Positions 11,471 through 20,403 of a DNA stretch of 64,000 bases are shown here, one piece after another. How positions within the stretch are numbered: the first letter of the stretch is position 1; each line of letters opens with the position of its first letter. Source of the DNA: Candidatus Sericytochromatia bacterium. Its GTDB lineage: Bacteria; Cyanobacteriota; Sericytochromatia; S15B-MN24; VGJW01. The translations under genes were made by a program, and so were the position numbers. The notes beneath the pieces are model-generated. The model saw only the letters and a program-made list of their open reading frames with translations. It was not told the DNA's origin and made no database searches. The stretch is taken from positions 1 through 64,000 of the forward strand of contig JAYKHS010000007.1 in assembly GCA_035285865.1 (NCBI GenBank), read 5' to 3'.

Positions 11471-12343
11471 GTGAAGGCGCCGCGCATCGTCGTGGCCCAG
11501 ATGGCACCCGCTCTGGGTGACCTGGCCGAGAACATCCGCAGGCACCTTCAGGTCCTGGAAACCGCCGAGGGCCGGCAGGCCGATCTGGTGGTCTTTCCCG
11601 AGCTTTCGCTGACGGGCTACTTCGTGAAGGACCTGGCCCCCGAGCTGGCCTTGGCGGATGGAGATCCGCGCCTCGCCCCCTTGCTCGAGCGTTCGATGCG
11701 CACGGACATCGTGGTGGGCGCGGTGCACCGGACGCAGGATGATGAGTTGCGCCTGAGCGCCCTCTACCTGTCGGCAGGCCAGGTCCTGCATCGGCATGAC
11801 AAGGTCTATCTGCCCAACTACGGCCTTTTCGAGGACGCGCGATTCCTCGGGCCCGGCCATGCCTTCCGCGCCTTCGACACCCGCCTCGGGCGCCTCGGCA
11901 TGTTGGTCTGCGAGGATGCCTGGCATCCCTCTGCTGCCGGACTGCTGGTGGCCGACGGCGCCGACACCATTCTCGCGATGGCGGCGTCCCCCATCAGGGG
12001 GCTGCAAGGAGACCGGCCTGCGGCAGCCCGCGCGTGGGAGGATCTGAACCGCACCATCGCCCGCATGCACGGTGTCCACGTGGTATTCGCCAATCGTGTC
12101 GGCTTCGAGGACGGAACGTGTTTCTGGGGAGGCTCGACCGTGTTCGACCCATGGGGTCGCCTCATCGCCGAAGCGCCCCTGCTGGATGCAGCCAACCTCG
12201 TGGCCGATCTCGATCCGCAGGCACGACGGCGGGCCCGCACCGACACCCCACTCGGTCGAGACGAGCGTTACGATGTCACGCTGGCCGGTCTCTCCAGGGC
12301 TCAGGCCCGACGTATGGGCAAGGACGGGACCCGTGAGGATTGA
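11471..12343 (+). CDS. Carbon-nitrogen hydrolase (nitrilase family), similar to the NAD synthetase glutaminase domain
   Basis: Catalytic triad motifs FPELSLTGY (E), HDKVYLPNYGLFED (K) and VCEDAW (C). Confidence 0.85.
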   Translation: MKAPRIVVAQMAPALGDLAENIRRHLQVLETAEGRQADLVVFPELSLTGYFVKDLAPELALADGDPRLAPLLERSMRTDIVVGAVHRTQDDELRLSALYLSAGQVLHRHDKVYLPNYGLFEDARFLGPGHAFRAFDTRLGRLGMLVCEDAWHPSAAGLLVADGADTILAMAASPIRGLQGDRPAAARAWEDLNRTIARMHGVHVVFANRVGFEDGTCFWGGSTVFDPWGRLIAEAPLLDAANLVADLDPQARRRARTDTPLGRDERYDVTLAGLSRAQARRMGKDGTRED

Positions 12344-13070
12344 CAGCCTTGCACTGATGCTCGGCCTGCTGCTGGCCGTGCCGGTGGCATCGGGTGATCG
12401 CGCGCTGGCCCAGACACCGCCACCCCCGCAGCCCAGACCGGATCCCCAGGGTCTGGCCCTGCTGTTGAATCCCGATCCACTTGGCCTCGCGCCTGTGCTC
12501 ACAAAGGTACTCTCTGGCGACGGTCGCTTCCATCTCGCCCCAGGCACGGGCATCAAACTGTCCCTGAAGGGCACCGAAAACCAGCTGGAGCCACCGCTTA
12601 CCCTGCAGGCGCGAGACCAGCTCAAGGGCCGTACGCCGGGGCGATATCTGCTCGTCGGCCGCAGCCTTGGCCCAAACGACGGAGGCCCCGGGCTGTCGGC
12701 GAGGGTCGTGGACCTGAGCCTCGGTGAGGTCGGCCCTGTGTTCGAGGCGACGGGAAGCAATGCGACCGAGGTTGCGCAGCGGACTCGCCGATTCATGAGG
12801 ACCAACCATCCGTTGACGGGACGCGTCAGAGACCTGCGAGACGGTCAGGTCTACATCGACCTCGGCACCCGCGCCGGTCTGTCCCGGGGAAGCGGCATCC
12901 TCATCCGGCGTATCGTGGGCATTCGCCAGGACACCGTCGCACTGGCCCGCGTGCAGCGGGCCGAGGAGTGGTTCTCGCTTTGCGACATCGAGGAACGTAC
13001 GTCGGGACTCATGCCCAGGGTCGGAGACCTGGTTCTCGAGGACGTCACGGGCACGCTCGCACGACCCTAG
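12333..13070 (+). CDS. Exported hypothetical protein with a FlgT-C-like C-terminal beta domain
   Basis: Signal peptide after GTG 12333. C-terminal GRVRDLRDGQVYIDLGTRAGLSRG motif. Confidence 0.5.
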   Translation: MRIDSLALMLGLLLAVPVASGDRALAQTPPPPQPRPDPQGLALLLNPDPLGLAPVLTKVLSGDGRFHLAPGTGIKLSLKGTENQLEPPLTLQARDQLKGRTPGRYLLVGRSLGPNDGGPGLSARVVDLSLGEVGPVFEATGSNATEVAQRTRRFMRTNHPLTGRVRDLRDGQVYIDLGTRAGLSRGSGILIRRIVGIRQDTVALARVQRAEEWFSLCDIEERTSGLMPRVGDLVLEDVTGTLARP

Positions 13071-13147
13071 GTCGGTGACGCACCTCACTGCCGGCCAAGG
13101 GTCCCGAGGCTCAGAGTGAGTGTTGCAGAGTCCTCCGAGGAACGACG

Positions 13148-13519
13148 ATGGCCGACAAGAATCGCATTCACGAACTGCAGGACGCCGGAGTCCTCGACCG
13201 CGAGAACCCGGACATCGTGGCACTGTTTCAGCAGTTGCGGAACATCCGGGAAAGCGAGCGAAGCATTCGCTCCCTGCGCCGCAGTCTGACGCTCGACAAC
13301 ATTCCGAGCCTAGATGATGAGCCAGAGGACATCATCGAGCTTGCTGCTGCTCCCTCCGCTTCGCTGGACCGCCTCTCCGACACGGTCCTCGGGCTGAAGG
13401 ATGAGCGAGACAAACTCAGGGGGCAGGTGGCGGAACTGGTCGAGGGCGTCTCCTCGCTGGAGGACACGATTCGCCGCCAGGCAGCCGAAATCGCTCGACT
13501 CCGCTCACGCGGAGCGTGA
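13148..13519 (+). CDS. Hypothetical coiled-coil protein
   Basis: RBS GAGGA, protein-like composition and a heptad-rich C-terminus. Confidence 0.65.
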   Translation: MADKNRIHELQDAGVLDRENPDIVALFQQLRNIRESERSIRSLRRSLTLDNIPSLDDEPEDIIELAAAPSASLDRLSDTVLGLKDERDKLRGQVAELVEGVSSLEDTIRRQAAEIARLRSRGA

Positions 13520-13555
13520 CGCCGACAGCGCTGCGGTCGGCAGCCTGCGTCCGGG

Positions 13556-15694
13556 CTAGCGGCTCTCGTCGTCCAGGCCGGCGGCCGTGGGTCGCTCGGG
13601 CAGGGCGAGGGGCGCTTGGGGCACCGGCCTCTTCACGGGAACAGGCGTGGCCGCCGGACGGGGTGTGACTGCTCTTGAGACCGGGAGGGCTGCGGAGGCG
13701 GTCTCGCCCTGAACGGCCTTGCGCAGGCGCACCTGCCGAACTGCTGCGGACACCGTCGCCGAACCGGATGCAGGCCTGGGGCCACCCGGCGGCACGAACG
13801 CCGAAGATGAAGCCTGACGCAGGGCGTGCCCCATGAAGCGCGCCCAGAGAGGGGCACAGACCTCGCCCCCCGTGGTACCGCCAGACATCGTCGAGTTGTC
13901 GTCGTTGCCCACCCAGACCAGCGTCACGAGGTCCGGAGTATACCCGACGAACCACGCATCCCGGTGGTCCGAGGTCGTCCCGGTCTTGCCGGCTGCAGGT
14001 CGACCGATACGGCCCGCATAGCCCGTTCCCCGAAGGATTACGCCCTGAAGAACATCGTTGAGTATCCGCACCGGTCCGGGCGGCATCACCTGAATGGTCC
14101 GGGGCACACGCCGCTGCAGGACCGTTCCCCCTCGATCCGTCAGCCGGGTCCAGGACTGCGGGGGCACGAAGCGGCCATCGGCGGCAAAGGTGGCGAAGGC
14201 CGCGACCAGTTCCAGCGGCGTGACCTCCGAGGTACCGAGTGCCAGCGACATATTGGGCTGGATGTCTGACCGGAAGCCCAACCGCCGCGCTGTCTCGACC
14301 ACCTTGCGCACGCCGACGCGATCGATGAGCTTGACCGCGATGACATTGTTGGATATCTCGAGCGCGCGCCGCAGAGGCAAGGCACCGTAGCGTTCGCCCC
14401 CGTAATTCAGAGGTGTCCAGGGCTTGCCATCGCCGCCGGTCCAGGTTCGCGGCTCGTCACTGATGACCGTAGTAGGCGACAACCCCTGGGCGAAGGCCGT
14501 CAGGTAGAGAACCGGCTTGAAGGAACTGCCCGGCTGTCGGTGGGCCTGGACCACGCGGTTGAACTGGGAGCGGTTCCAGTCTGCCCCGCCGACCATCGCT
14601 CGGATCGCACCCGTGCGCGGCTCCATCGCAACCAGGGCGGCCTGACTGAAACGATTGGGGCGACCATGCTTCTCGATGGCTTCCCGGACAAGAGCCTCGG
14701 CCTTGGCCTGCCAGTCCGGATTGAGGGTCGTGAAGACTCGGAGTCCACCCTTTTCCAGATATTCGCTGCCGAAGCGATCCCTGAGATCGTCGAGCAGATA
14801 GCTGGTGAAATAAGGTGCCTTGATGGCTTCCCGCTTGCGCGGCGGCTCCTTGGGAATCGGCAAGGCCTGGGCTGCAGCCGCCGTGGCTTGCGCCTGGGTG
14901 ATGAAACCTGCGGCGACCATCTTCCGCAAGACGTTGCGCTGGTGCTGCAGGGCGCGCTTGAGCCGCCGATACGGACTGGCACGCTCGGGTTCCGAGAGGA
15001 GGCCGGCAAGCAAGGCACCCTCAGCCAGCCCGAGGGTCGCCACGCCCCGGCCGAAGTAGGTCTGGGATGCTGCCTCGATGCCGTAGGCGTTGTGCCCCCA
15101 ATAGACCTGATTGAGGTATAGCTCCAGAATCTGGTCCTTGTTGTACCGGCGCTCGATCCGGATGGCCAGCCAGGCATCCGCGAGCTTGCGGGCAATCGTC
15201 CGCGAGGAGGAGAGGAACAGGTTCTTGGCCAACTGCTGGGTCAAGGTGCTCGCACCCTCTTCAGCTCGCCTACCGGCCAGATCCTTGATGAGTGCCCGGG
15301 CAACACCGCGCAGGTCCACACCGGGATGGCGGTAGAAACGGACGTCCTCTGCCGCGATGACAGCCTGGCGAACCAACACGGGGACCTCGCCCAGCGGTAC
15401 CACCGTCCTGTTCTCCTCGCCATGAACCTTGGCGAGGACGCCCCCGTAGGCGTCCAGCACCACGGTCGTCTCGAAGGGGACATACCTCTGGAGGTCCTCG
15501 ACGGGTGGCAAGCTGCGAAAGGAGTGAGCCGCTCCTGCCGCCGCCCCTGCCGCACCACTCAGGCCAACGGCCACACCGAAGCCAACCACCTTCCAGAATC
15601 GACCCGAAGCCCGACGTGCAGGCCGAACTCGCGTGCGACGGCGCCCGGGCCGACCTTGCTGGTCCTGGCCGGCCGTACCCCGCACCTCCGACAC
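13556..15694 (-). CDS. Class A penicillin-binding protein (PBP1A family, transglycosylase + transpeptidase)
   Basis: EDVRFYRHPGVD, GASTLTQQLAKN and RKLAD (TG domain). SSFK, SNN and KTG (TP domain). Confidence 0.93.
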   Translation of the reverse strand: MSEVRGTAGQDQQGRPGRRRTRVRPARRASGRFWKVVGFGVAVGLSGAAGAAAGAAHSFRSLPPVEDLQRYVPFETTVVLDAYGGVLAKVHGEENRTVVPLGEVPVLVRQAVIAAEDVRFYRHPGVDLRGVARALIKDLAGRRAEEGASTLTQQLAKNLFLSSSRTIARKLADAWLAIRIERRYNKDQILELYLNQVYWGHNAYGIEAASQTYFGRGVATLGLAEGALLAGLLSEPERASPYRRLKRALQHQRNVLRKMVAAGFITQAQATAAAAQALPIPKEPPRKREAIKAPYFTSYLLDDLRDRFGSEYLEKGGLRVFTTLNPDWQAKAEALVREAIEKHGRPNRFSQAALVAMEPRTGAIRAMVGGADWNRSQFNRVVQAHRQPGSSFKPVLYLTAFAQGLSPTTVISDEPRTWTGGDGKPWTPLNYGGERYGALPLRRALEISNNVIAVKLIDRVGVRKVVETARRLGFRSDIQPNMSLALGTSEVTPLELVAAFATFAADGRFVPPQSWTRLTDRGGTVLQRRVPRTIQVMPPGPVRILNDVLQGVILRGTGYAGRIGRPAAGKTGTTSDHRDAWFVGYTPDLVTLVWVGNDDNSTMSGGTTGGEVCAPLWARFMGHALRQASSSAFVPPGGPRPASGSATVSAAVRQVRLRKAVQGETASAALPVSRAVTPRPAATPVPVKRPVPQAPLALPERPTAAGLDDESR

Positions 15695-15695
15695 C

Positions 15696-16490
15696 TCAGT
15701 CCTCCATGACGAGGCGGAGGAGGGCATCGAGCCGCTGTGAGGCAGCGCCGGCTACATCCACCACTTCCTGATGGCTGGTGCCCGCCAGATCCTCCGGGCG
15801 GACAGCGATGTTCGTGATGCACGATACGCCCGCCACCGGCACACCGCGCACCGCAGCAGCCACGGCCTCCAGCACGGTGGACATGCCCACGGCCTGACCG
15901 CCGATGGCTTGCAGGAAGCGGATCTCGGCCTCAGTCTCGTAGGACGGCCCCAGCAAGCCGACGTAGACTCCCTCGTGCAACGGAATGCCCGCACGGAGCG
16001 CACCGGCAAGAAAGCGGACGCGAAGCCCGGGATCGTAAACCTGGCGGTGCCAGGGCACCTCATCAGGCCGACACGCCGCAAGCCCCGTCAGATTGATGTG
16101 GTCCGAGAGCAACATGAGGTCTCCGGGCGTCCACGTGCCAACCAAACCGCCAGCTGCATTCGTCAACACCAACCCCCGGGCACCGAGATCGGCCGCGAGG
16201 CGCGCAATGCGGGTCGCTTCCTCGACCCCATGACCTTCGTAGACGTGGTGTCTGCCACGGGCCACCATCACCCGCGTCGCGCTCCCCTCGAGGCGCCCCA
16301 GCGTCAGGACCCCGGCATGGCCGGCGACCGTGGCTCCGGACCAGCCGTCGATCCCGGAATACGGCACGTCGACGGCATCCTCGAGGCGCTCGAGGGCCTT
16401 GAGTCCGCTTCCGAGGACAACCACGTAGTCGATGCCCCCGAGGCGGGCCACATGGGGTGCAAGAGCATCAGGCAGCGTAGCGCGCGACAT
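15696..16490 (-). CDS. punA: Purine nucleoside phosphorylase (trimeric PNP/XapA type)
   Basis: VVLGSGL, GRHHVYEG, LTNAAGGL, GPSYETEAE, VGMSTVLE and CITN. Confidence 0.9.
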   Translation of the reverse strand: MSRATLPDALAPHVARLGGIDYVVVLGSGLKALERLEDAVDVPYSGIDGWSGATVAGHAGVLTLGRLEGSATRVMVARGRHHVYEGHGVEEATRIARLAADLGARGLVLTNAAGGLVGTWTPGDLMLLSDHINLTGLAACRPDEVPWHRQVYDPGLRVRFLAGALRAGIPLHEGVYVGLLGPSYETEAEIRFLQAIGGQAVGMSTVLEAVAAAVRGVPVAGVSCITNIAVRPEDLAGTSHQEVVDVAGAASQRLDALLRLVMED

Positions 16491-16492
16491 GG

Positions 16493-17074
16493 TCAGGACA
16501 GGCCTCCGGCGGAAAGGTTGGGCAACGTGGTACCGGACAGGATGCGTGCCTCAAGCGCACGCACCATGCGGCGAAGCGGGTGCCGCGGCGGTCCGGACAG
16601 GGGTCGGACGAGCACCGCATGCATGCCGAGCAGGCGTCCGCCAAGCACATCGGTGAAGATCTGGTCGCCCACGATCGCGATATCGCGGGGAGCGAGGCCA
16701 AGCAGGCGCGCCCCGGCCCTGAGGCCGATCGGCAGTGGTTTGAGGGCCAGATGCACGAACGGGATGCCCAGTTCATCGGCGACGGCAGCAACCCGGTCTC
16801 GACTGCCATTGTTCGACACCACGGCGACCCGACGGTCTTCCGCGCACGCCAGCACCCACGCACGCGCCCCGGGATCCAGCCCGTCCCCGTAGGCCGAGAC
16901 CAGCGTATCGTCGAGATCCAGCAGGATGCCCCGCACGCCACGGGCATCAAGCCACGACGGCGACAGTTCGGCGAGCGAGGGGGCAAAGCCATCCGGGACG
17001 AACAGGGACAAGACCGGCCTTCCGGGCCCGACACGGGCCGAAGGCAGGATACCCTGCCGGAGCGCGCCGTTCAA
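16493..17074 (-). CDS. YqeG-family HAD IIIA phosphatase
   Basis: ILLDLDDTLV, VVSNN, ALKP and IVGDQIFTDVLGG. TTG start overlaps the hisC stop. Confidence 0.88.
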   Translation of the reverse strand: MNGALRQGILPSARVGPGRPVLSLFVPDGFAPSLAELSPSWLDARGVRGILLDLDDTLVSAYGDGLDPGARAWVLACAEDRRVAVVSNNGSRDRVAAVADELGIPFVHLALKPLPIGLRAGARLLGLAPRDIAIVGDQIFTDVLGGRLLGMHAVLVRPLSGPPRHPLRRMVRALEARILSGTTLPNLSAGGLS

Positions 17075-18180
17075 GACGCCTCGGCCAGCGCAGCAGGCAA
17101 GGCCTCGAGAAGGCGATCGATCTCGTGTGGCGTCCCGATCGAGATGCGGACACACGCGGGAAGTCCGAAGGCACCGAGGGGTCGGATGATGATGCCTCGC
17201 CGCAGCAAGGCTTCCGAGAGCGCCTGGGTTCTCGCTGCATCCCCCAGCGGCACCATCACGAAATTCGCATGGCTGTCGACCGGGTCCAGCCCCATGGCCC
17301 GGAGTGCAGGCAGCAAGCGCCCGAGCCCCTCCTGATTGTTGGCGACCGTGCGATCCAGGTGCCCGCGGTCCTCCAGGGCGGCAAGCGCGGCTGCCGTGGC
17401 TGCCGTACCGGGTTCGAAGGGAAGCTTGACCTTGAGCAACGGCTCGATGAGACTTTCGGCCGCGAGTCCATACCCGATGCGCAAGCCGGCAAGGCCATGG
17501 GCCTTGGAAAAGGTGCGCAGGGTGATGACGTTGTCGTACCGGTAGAGTTGGCTGTCCGGATAGGTTTCCAACGGCGGGACGAACTCGTGGTAGGCCTCGT
17601 CCTGGATGATCAGCACGTGGGCCGGAACACGGTCGTAGAATCGCTCGAACTCCGCTCGGGTGAACATGGTCCCGGTCGGGTTGTTGGGATTCGCCAGATA
17701 GATGATTTTCGTGCGCGGCCCGATGGCATCGGCCATGGCCTCGAGGTCGTAACCCCATTGCCGCAGCGGCACGGTTCTGATGCGCACGCCCTGAGCCTTG
17801 GCGAGCACCATGATGCCGATGAAGGTGCCTTCGCTGGTCAGGACCTCATCCTCGCCGTGAAGGAAGGTCCGGACAATCCCGGCCATGATGCCTTCGGAAC
17901 CGGCGCCGACGATCGTGTTGCCGAAGGCCACGCGGTAGTGCCGTGTCAGGGCCTCGCGCAGGTCACGGCTCGCCACGTCCGGATAGAGGTGCACCTGCAG
18001 CAGCGCCTCGCGCGCGGCCTCGATCGCACGGGGCGAGGGCCCCCACGGATTCTCGTTGCTGGCCAGCTTGATGACGTCGGCGAGGCCGAACTCGCGCTGG
18101 ACATCGGCAATCGGTCGCCCCGGCTGGTACGGGACCAGCGAGGCGATGTGCTCGGGCACGAGCGCGCGGGGGATCGTCAT
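17071..18180 (-). CDS. hisC: Histidinol-phosphate aminotransferase
   Basis: KLASNENPWGPSP, ANPNNPTG, DEAY and RTFSKAHGLAGLRIGY. Confidence 0.93.
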   Translation of the reverse strand: MTIPRALVPEHIASLVPYQPGRPIADVQREFGLADVIKLASNENPWGPSPRAIEAAREALLQVHLYPDVASRDLREALTRHYRVAFGNTIVGAGSEGIMAGIVRTFLHGEDEVLTSEGTFIGIMVLAKAQGVRIRTVPLRQWGYDLEAMADAIGPRTKIIYLANPNNPTGTMFTRAEFERFYDRVPAHVLIIQDEAYHEFVPPLETYPDSQLYRYDNVITLRTFSKAHGLAGLRIGYGLAAESLIEPLLKVKLPFEPGTAATAAALAALEDRGHLDRTVANNQEGLGRLLPALRAMGLDPVDSHANFVMVPLGDAARTQALSEALLRRGIIIRPLGAFGLPACVRISIGTPHEIDRLLEALPAALAEAS

Positions 18181-18287
18181 CACGGGTTCCTCGGGGTATG
18201 GCCCGGCCCCGGGGAGCCGAGCTGCCGGAAAGCCCCATGGTGCCAGAACGACGCGGGGAACAGAAAGAAGGGTACAAAGGGGGCCGA

Positions 18288-19841
18288 ATGCCCGACTCCC
18301 CCGAGACGTACGCCATCCCGCTGGCCGCCGCGCGCCTGCTGGGCCCGCTGGCCGCCGCGTGGCTGGTCGATTGGCTGCTGCTGAGGCCCATCCATGCTGC
18401 CTTGGCCTCTCGGGATCCCGTCCTCGCGCGCAGGGCGCGCCTGAGGCTGCGTGTCGTCATGGGCGCAAGCGCGGGGTGGCTGGCACTCGAGGGCCTCCGC
18501 ACGATTCTGCCGGACGACTGGTGGCCGGCTGCCTTCGGCTTCTGGTCCTCGCTTGGTGTTCCACTACTCATCGTGCTGGCCGTAGAAGCCGGTAGAACCG
18601 CTCTGGTCGACGGCTGGCTACGTCACCGCCGCAGGCTTGCGGTGCCGGGAATCCTCGACGATCTCGGCACGGGACTGACCTACCTCGTCGTCGGCCTCTT
18701 CTTTCTTGCAACGGTCCACAAGGTCAACCTGACACCCTTCCTGACGCTGTCCGGCGTGGTCTCCCTCGTCGTCGGCCTCGCCCTCCAGGACACCCTCGGC
18801 AATCTCTTCGCCGGCCTTGCCATCAACCTGGACCCGCCCTTTCGCATAGGCGACTGGGTCCTCGTCGAGGGCGACACCGGCGAGATCGTGGAAATCACCT
18901 GGCGCGCCACCAAGCTGCGCACGACACGCGACGAATTCATCATCCTGCCCAACAACGTCGTGGCCAAGGCCAAGGTCATCAACTACCTGATGCCCACGCC
19001 GACTCATGCCCACTGCGTCGTGGTGGGCGTGGCCTACGAGGTGTCCCCGATGGACGTCGAGCGCGCCCTGCTTTCTTGTGCGGCGGAGATGCGCGCGATT
19101 CAGAAGGACCCGAAGCCACAGGTGTTCCTGCGGGACTTCTCCGATTCCGCGATGACCTACGAGCTGCGGGTGTGGATCACGGGATTTGGCGAGGCCAACG
19201 CCATCCTGTCCGAGCTTCGCTCACGGGTCTGGTACCGGTTCCAGCAGCTGGGCATCGAGATTCCGTGGCCGATCCGAAACGTCTACATGCGCGACGTCTC
19301 GGCAAGGGGCCATGCCCAGGCCACGGACCGGACGGGGATACTGAGCGGTCTTGAGCTCTTCGCCTGTCTCTCGGACGAGGAGCTACACCATCTGGCACTC
19401 TGCTCGCAACTGGTCCCCTGCCATCGGCAGGAAACTATATTCTCCCGCGGCGATGCCGGAGATCGCCTCTACGTGGTGGCGTCCGGGACGGTCGAGATGC
19501 ACCTCGGCAAGCCGGGCCGAACGCAGCCTCTGGCCACGCTCGGCCCCGGAGATGTCTTCGGAGAACGGGCGCTTTTGACTGGAGAGCCCCGTTCGGCGAC
19601 GGCCTGGACCAGCGGAGGCTGCAGGCTTGTCACCGTTGCCCGCGAGGATCTCGCTCCGCTCCTCGAGGCAAGGCCGGATCTGGCAGCGCAGATGGCGGCG
19701 ATTCTCACCAGCCGCGAGGAGCGGATGAGGCTTGCCGCGGCCGACCCGTCCCTGAATCGTGGCAACACGGGACCGCTCGAGCCCCCCGTTTCTGCACCCG
19801 ACCTCCTCGGGCGTGTCCGGACCTTCTTCGGGCTGGCCTGA
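18288..19841 (+). CDS. MscS mechanosensitive channel fused to a cyclic-nucleotide-binding domain
   Basis: GLALQDTLGNLFAG...FRIGDWV...ITWRATK (MscS). C-terminal GDAGDRLYVV...GDVFGERALLTGEPRSATA (cNMP-binding). Confidence 0.9.
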   Translation: MPDSPETYAIPLAAARLLGPLAAAWLVDWLLLRPIHAALASRDPVLARRARLRLRVVMGASAGWLALEGLRTILPDDWWPAAFGFWSSLGVPLLIVLAVEAGRTALVDGWLRHRRRLAVPGILDDLGTGLTYLVVGLFFLATVHKVNLTPFLTLSGVVSLVVGLALQDTLGNLFAGLAINLDPPFRIGDWVLVEGDTGEIVEITWRATKLRTTRDEFIILPNNVVAKAKVINYLMPTPTHAHCVVVGVAYEVSPMDVERALLSCAAEMRAIQKDPKPQVFLRDFSDSAMTYELRVWITGFGEANAILSELRSRVWYRFQQLGIEIPWPIRNVYMRDVSARGHAQATDRTGILSGLELFACLSDEELHHLALCSQLVPCHRQETIFSRGDAGDRLYVVASGTVEMHLGKPGRTQPLATLGPGDVFGERALLTGEPRSATAWTSGGCRLVTVAREDLAPLLEARPDLAAQMAAILTSREERMRLAAADPSLNRGNTGPLEPPVSAPDLLGRVRTFFGLA

Positions 19842-19926
19842 CCCGCCCGGGACGGGTGTCCGGCGGGTGTATACTGGGGCGTTCCCCAAGTACCCGGGGC
19901 CACGGCCCCAAGCGAGGTCCGCCGAC

Positions 19927-20373
19927 GTGTCCATCTCCCGCTGGTCCGGAGTCCTGCTGGTTGCAGCAGCAGCCCTGTCGCTGCCCCTTGTCGCCACCGA
20001 ACCCGCAGCCGCCGCCAAGAAACCGGTCGCCGCTGCCAAGCGGGCGGATGGTCTGGTCATCGAAAACGTCGTGGTCGGCAAGGGCAAGGAAGCCCGCCCG
20101 GGCCTGCGTGTCTCGGTACACTACACCGGTCGCCTGACGAACGGCGCCAAGTTCGACTCGTCCCTCGACCGTCGTCAGCCTTTTGAGTTCATCCTCGGGA
20201 TGGGCGAAGTGATCAAGGGCTGGGACGAGGGTGTCAAGGGAATGAAGGTCGGCGGCAAGCGCAAGCTGACCATCCCCCACACGATGGCCTACGGCGAGAG
20301 CGGGACAGGCCCCATCCCGCCCCGCGCCACCTTGGTTTTCGACGTTGAGTTGCTTGACGTTCGTCAGCCCTGA
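19927..20373 (+). CDS. Exported FKBP-type peptidyl-prolyl isomerase
   Basis: Signal peptide, VHYTGRL, FDSS, VIKGWDEG, AYG and IPPRATLVFDVELL. Confidence 0.93.
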   Translation: MSISRWSGVLLVAAAALSLPLVATEPAAAAKKPVAAAKRADGLVIENVVVGKGKEARPGLRVSVHYTGRLTNGAKFDSSLDRRQPFEFILGMGEVIKGWDEGVKGMKVGGKRKLTIPHTMAYGESGTGPIPPRATLVFDVELLDVRQP

Positions 20374-20403
20374 TTGCCCCCCCAGCACACGGAGAATCCT
20401 TTC

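Noticed and set aside
18184..18287. Possible riboswitch between hisC and mscS
   Set aside because: GGAAA and GACGC fragments are present, but I could not build the c-di-GMP-I or any other consensus structure. An Infernal/Rfam scan would settle it.
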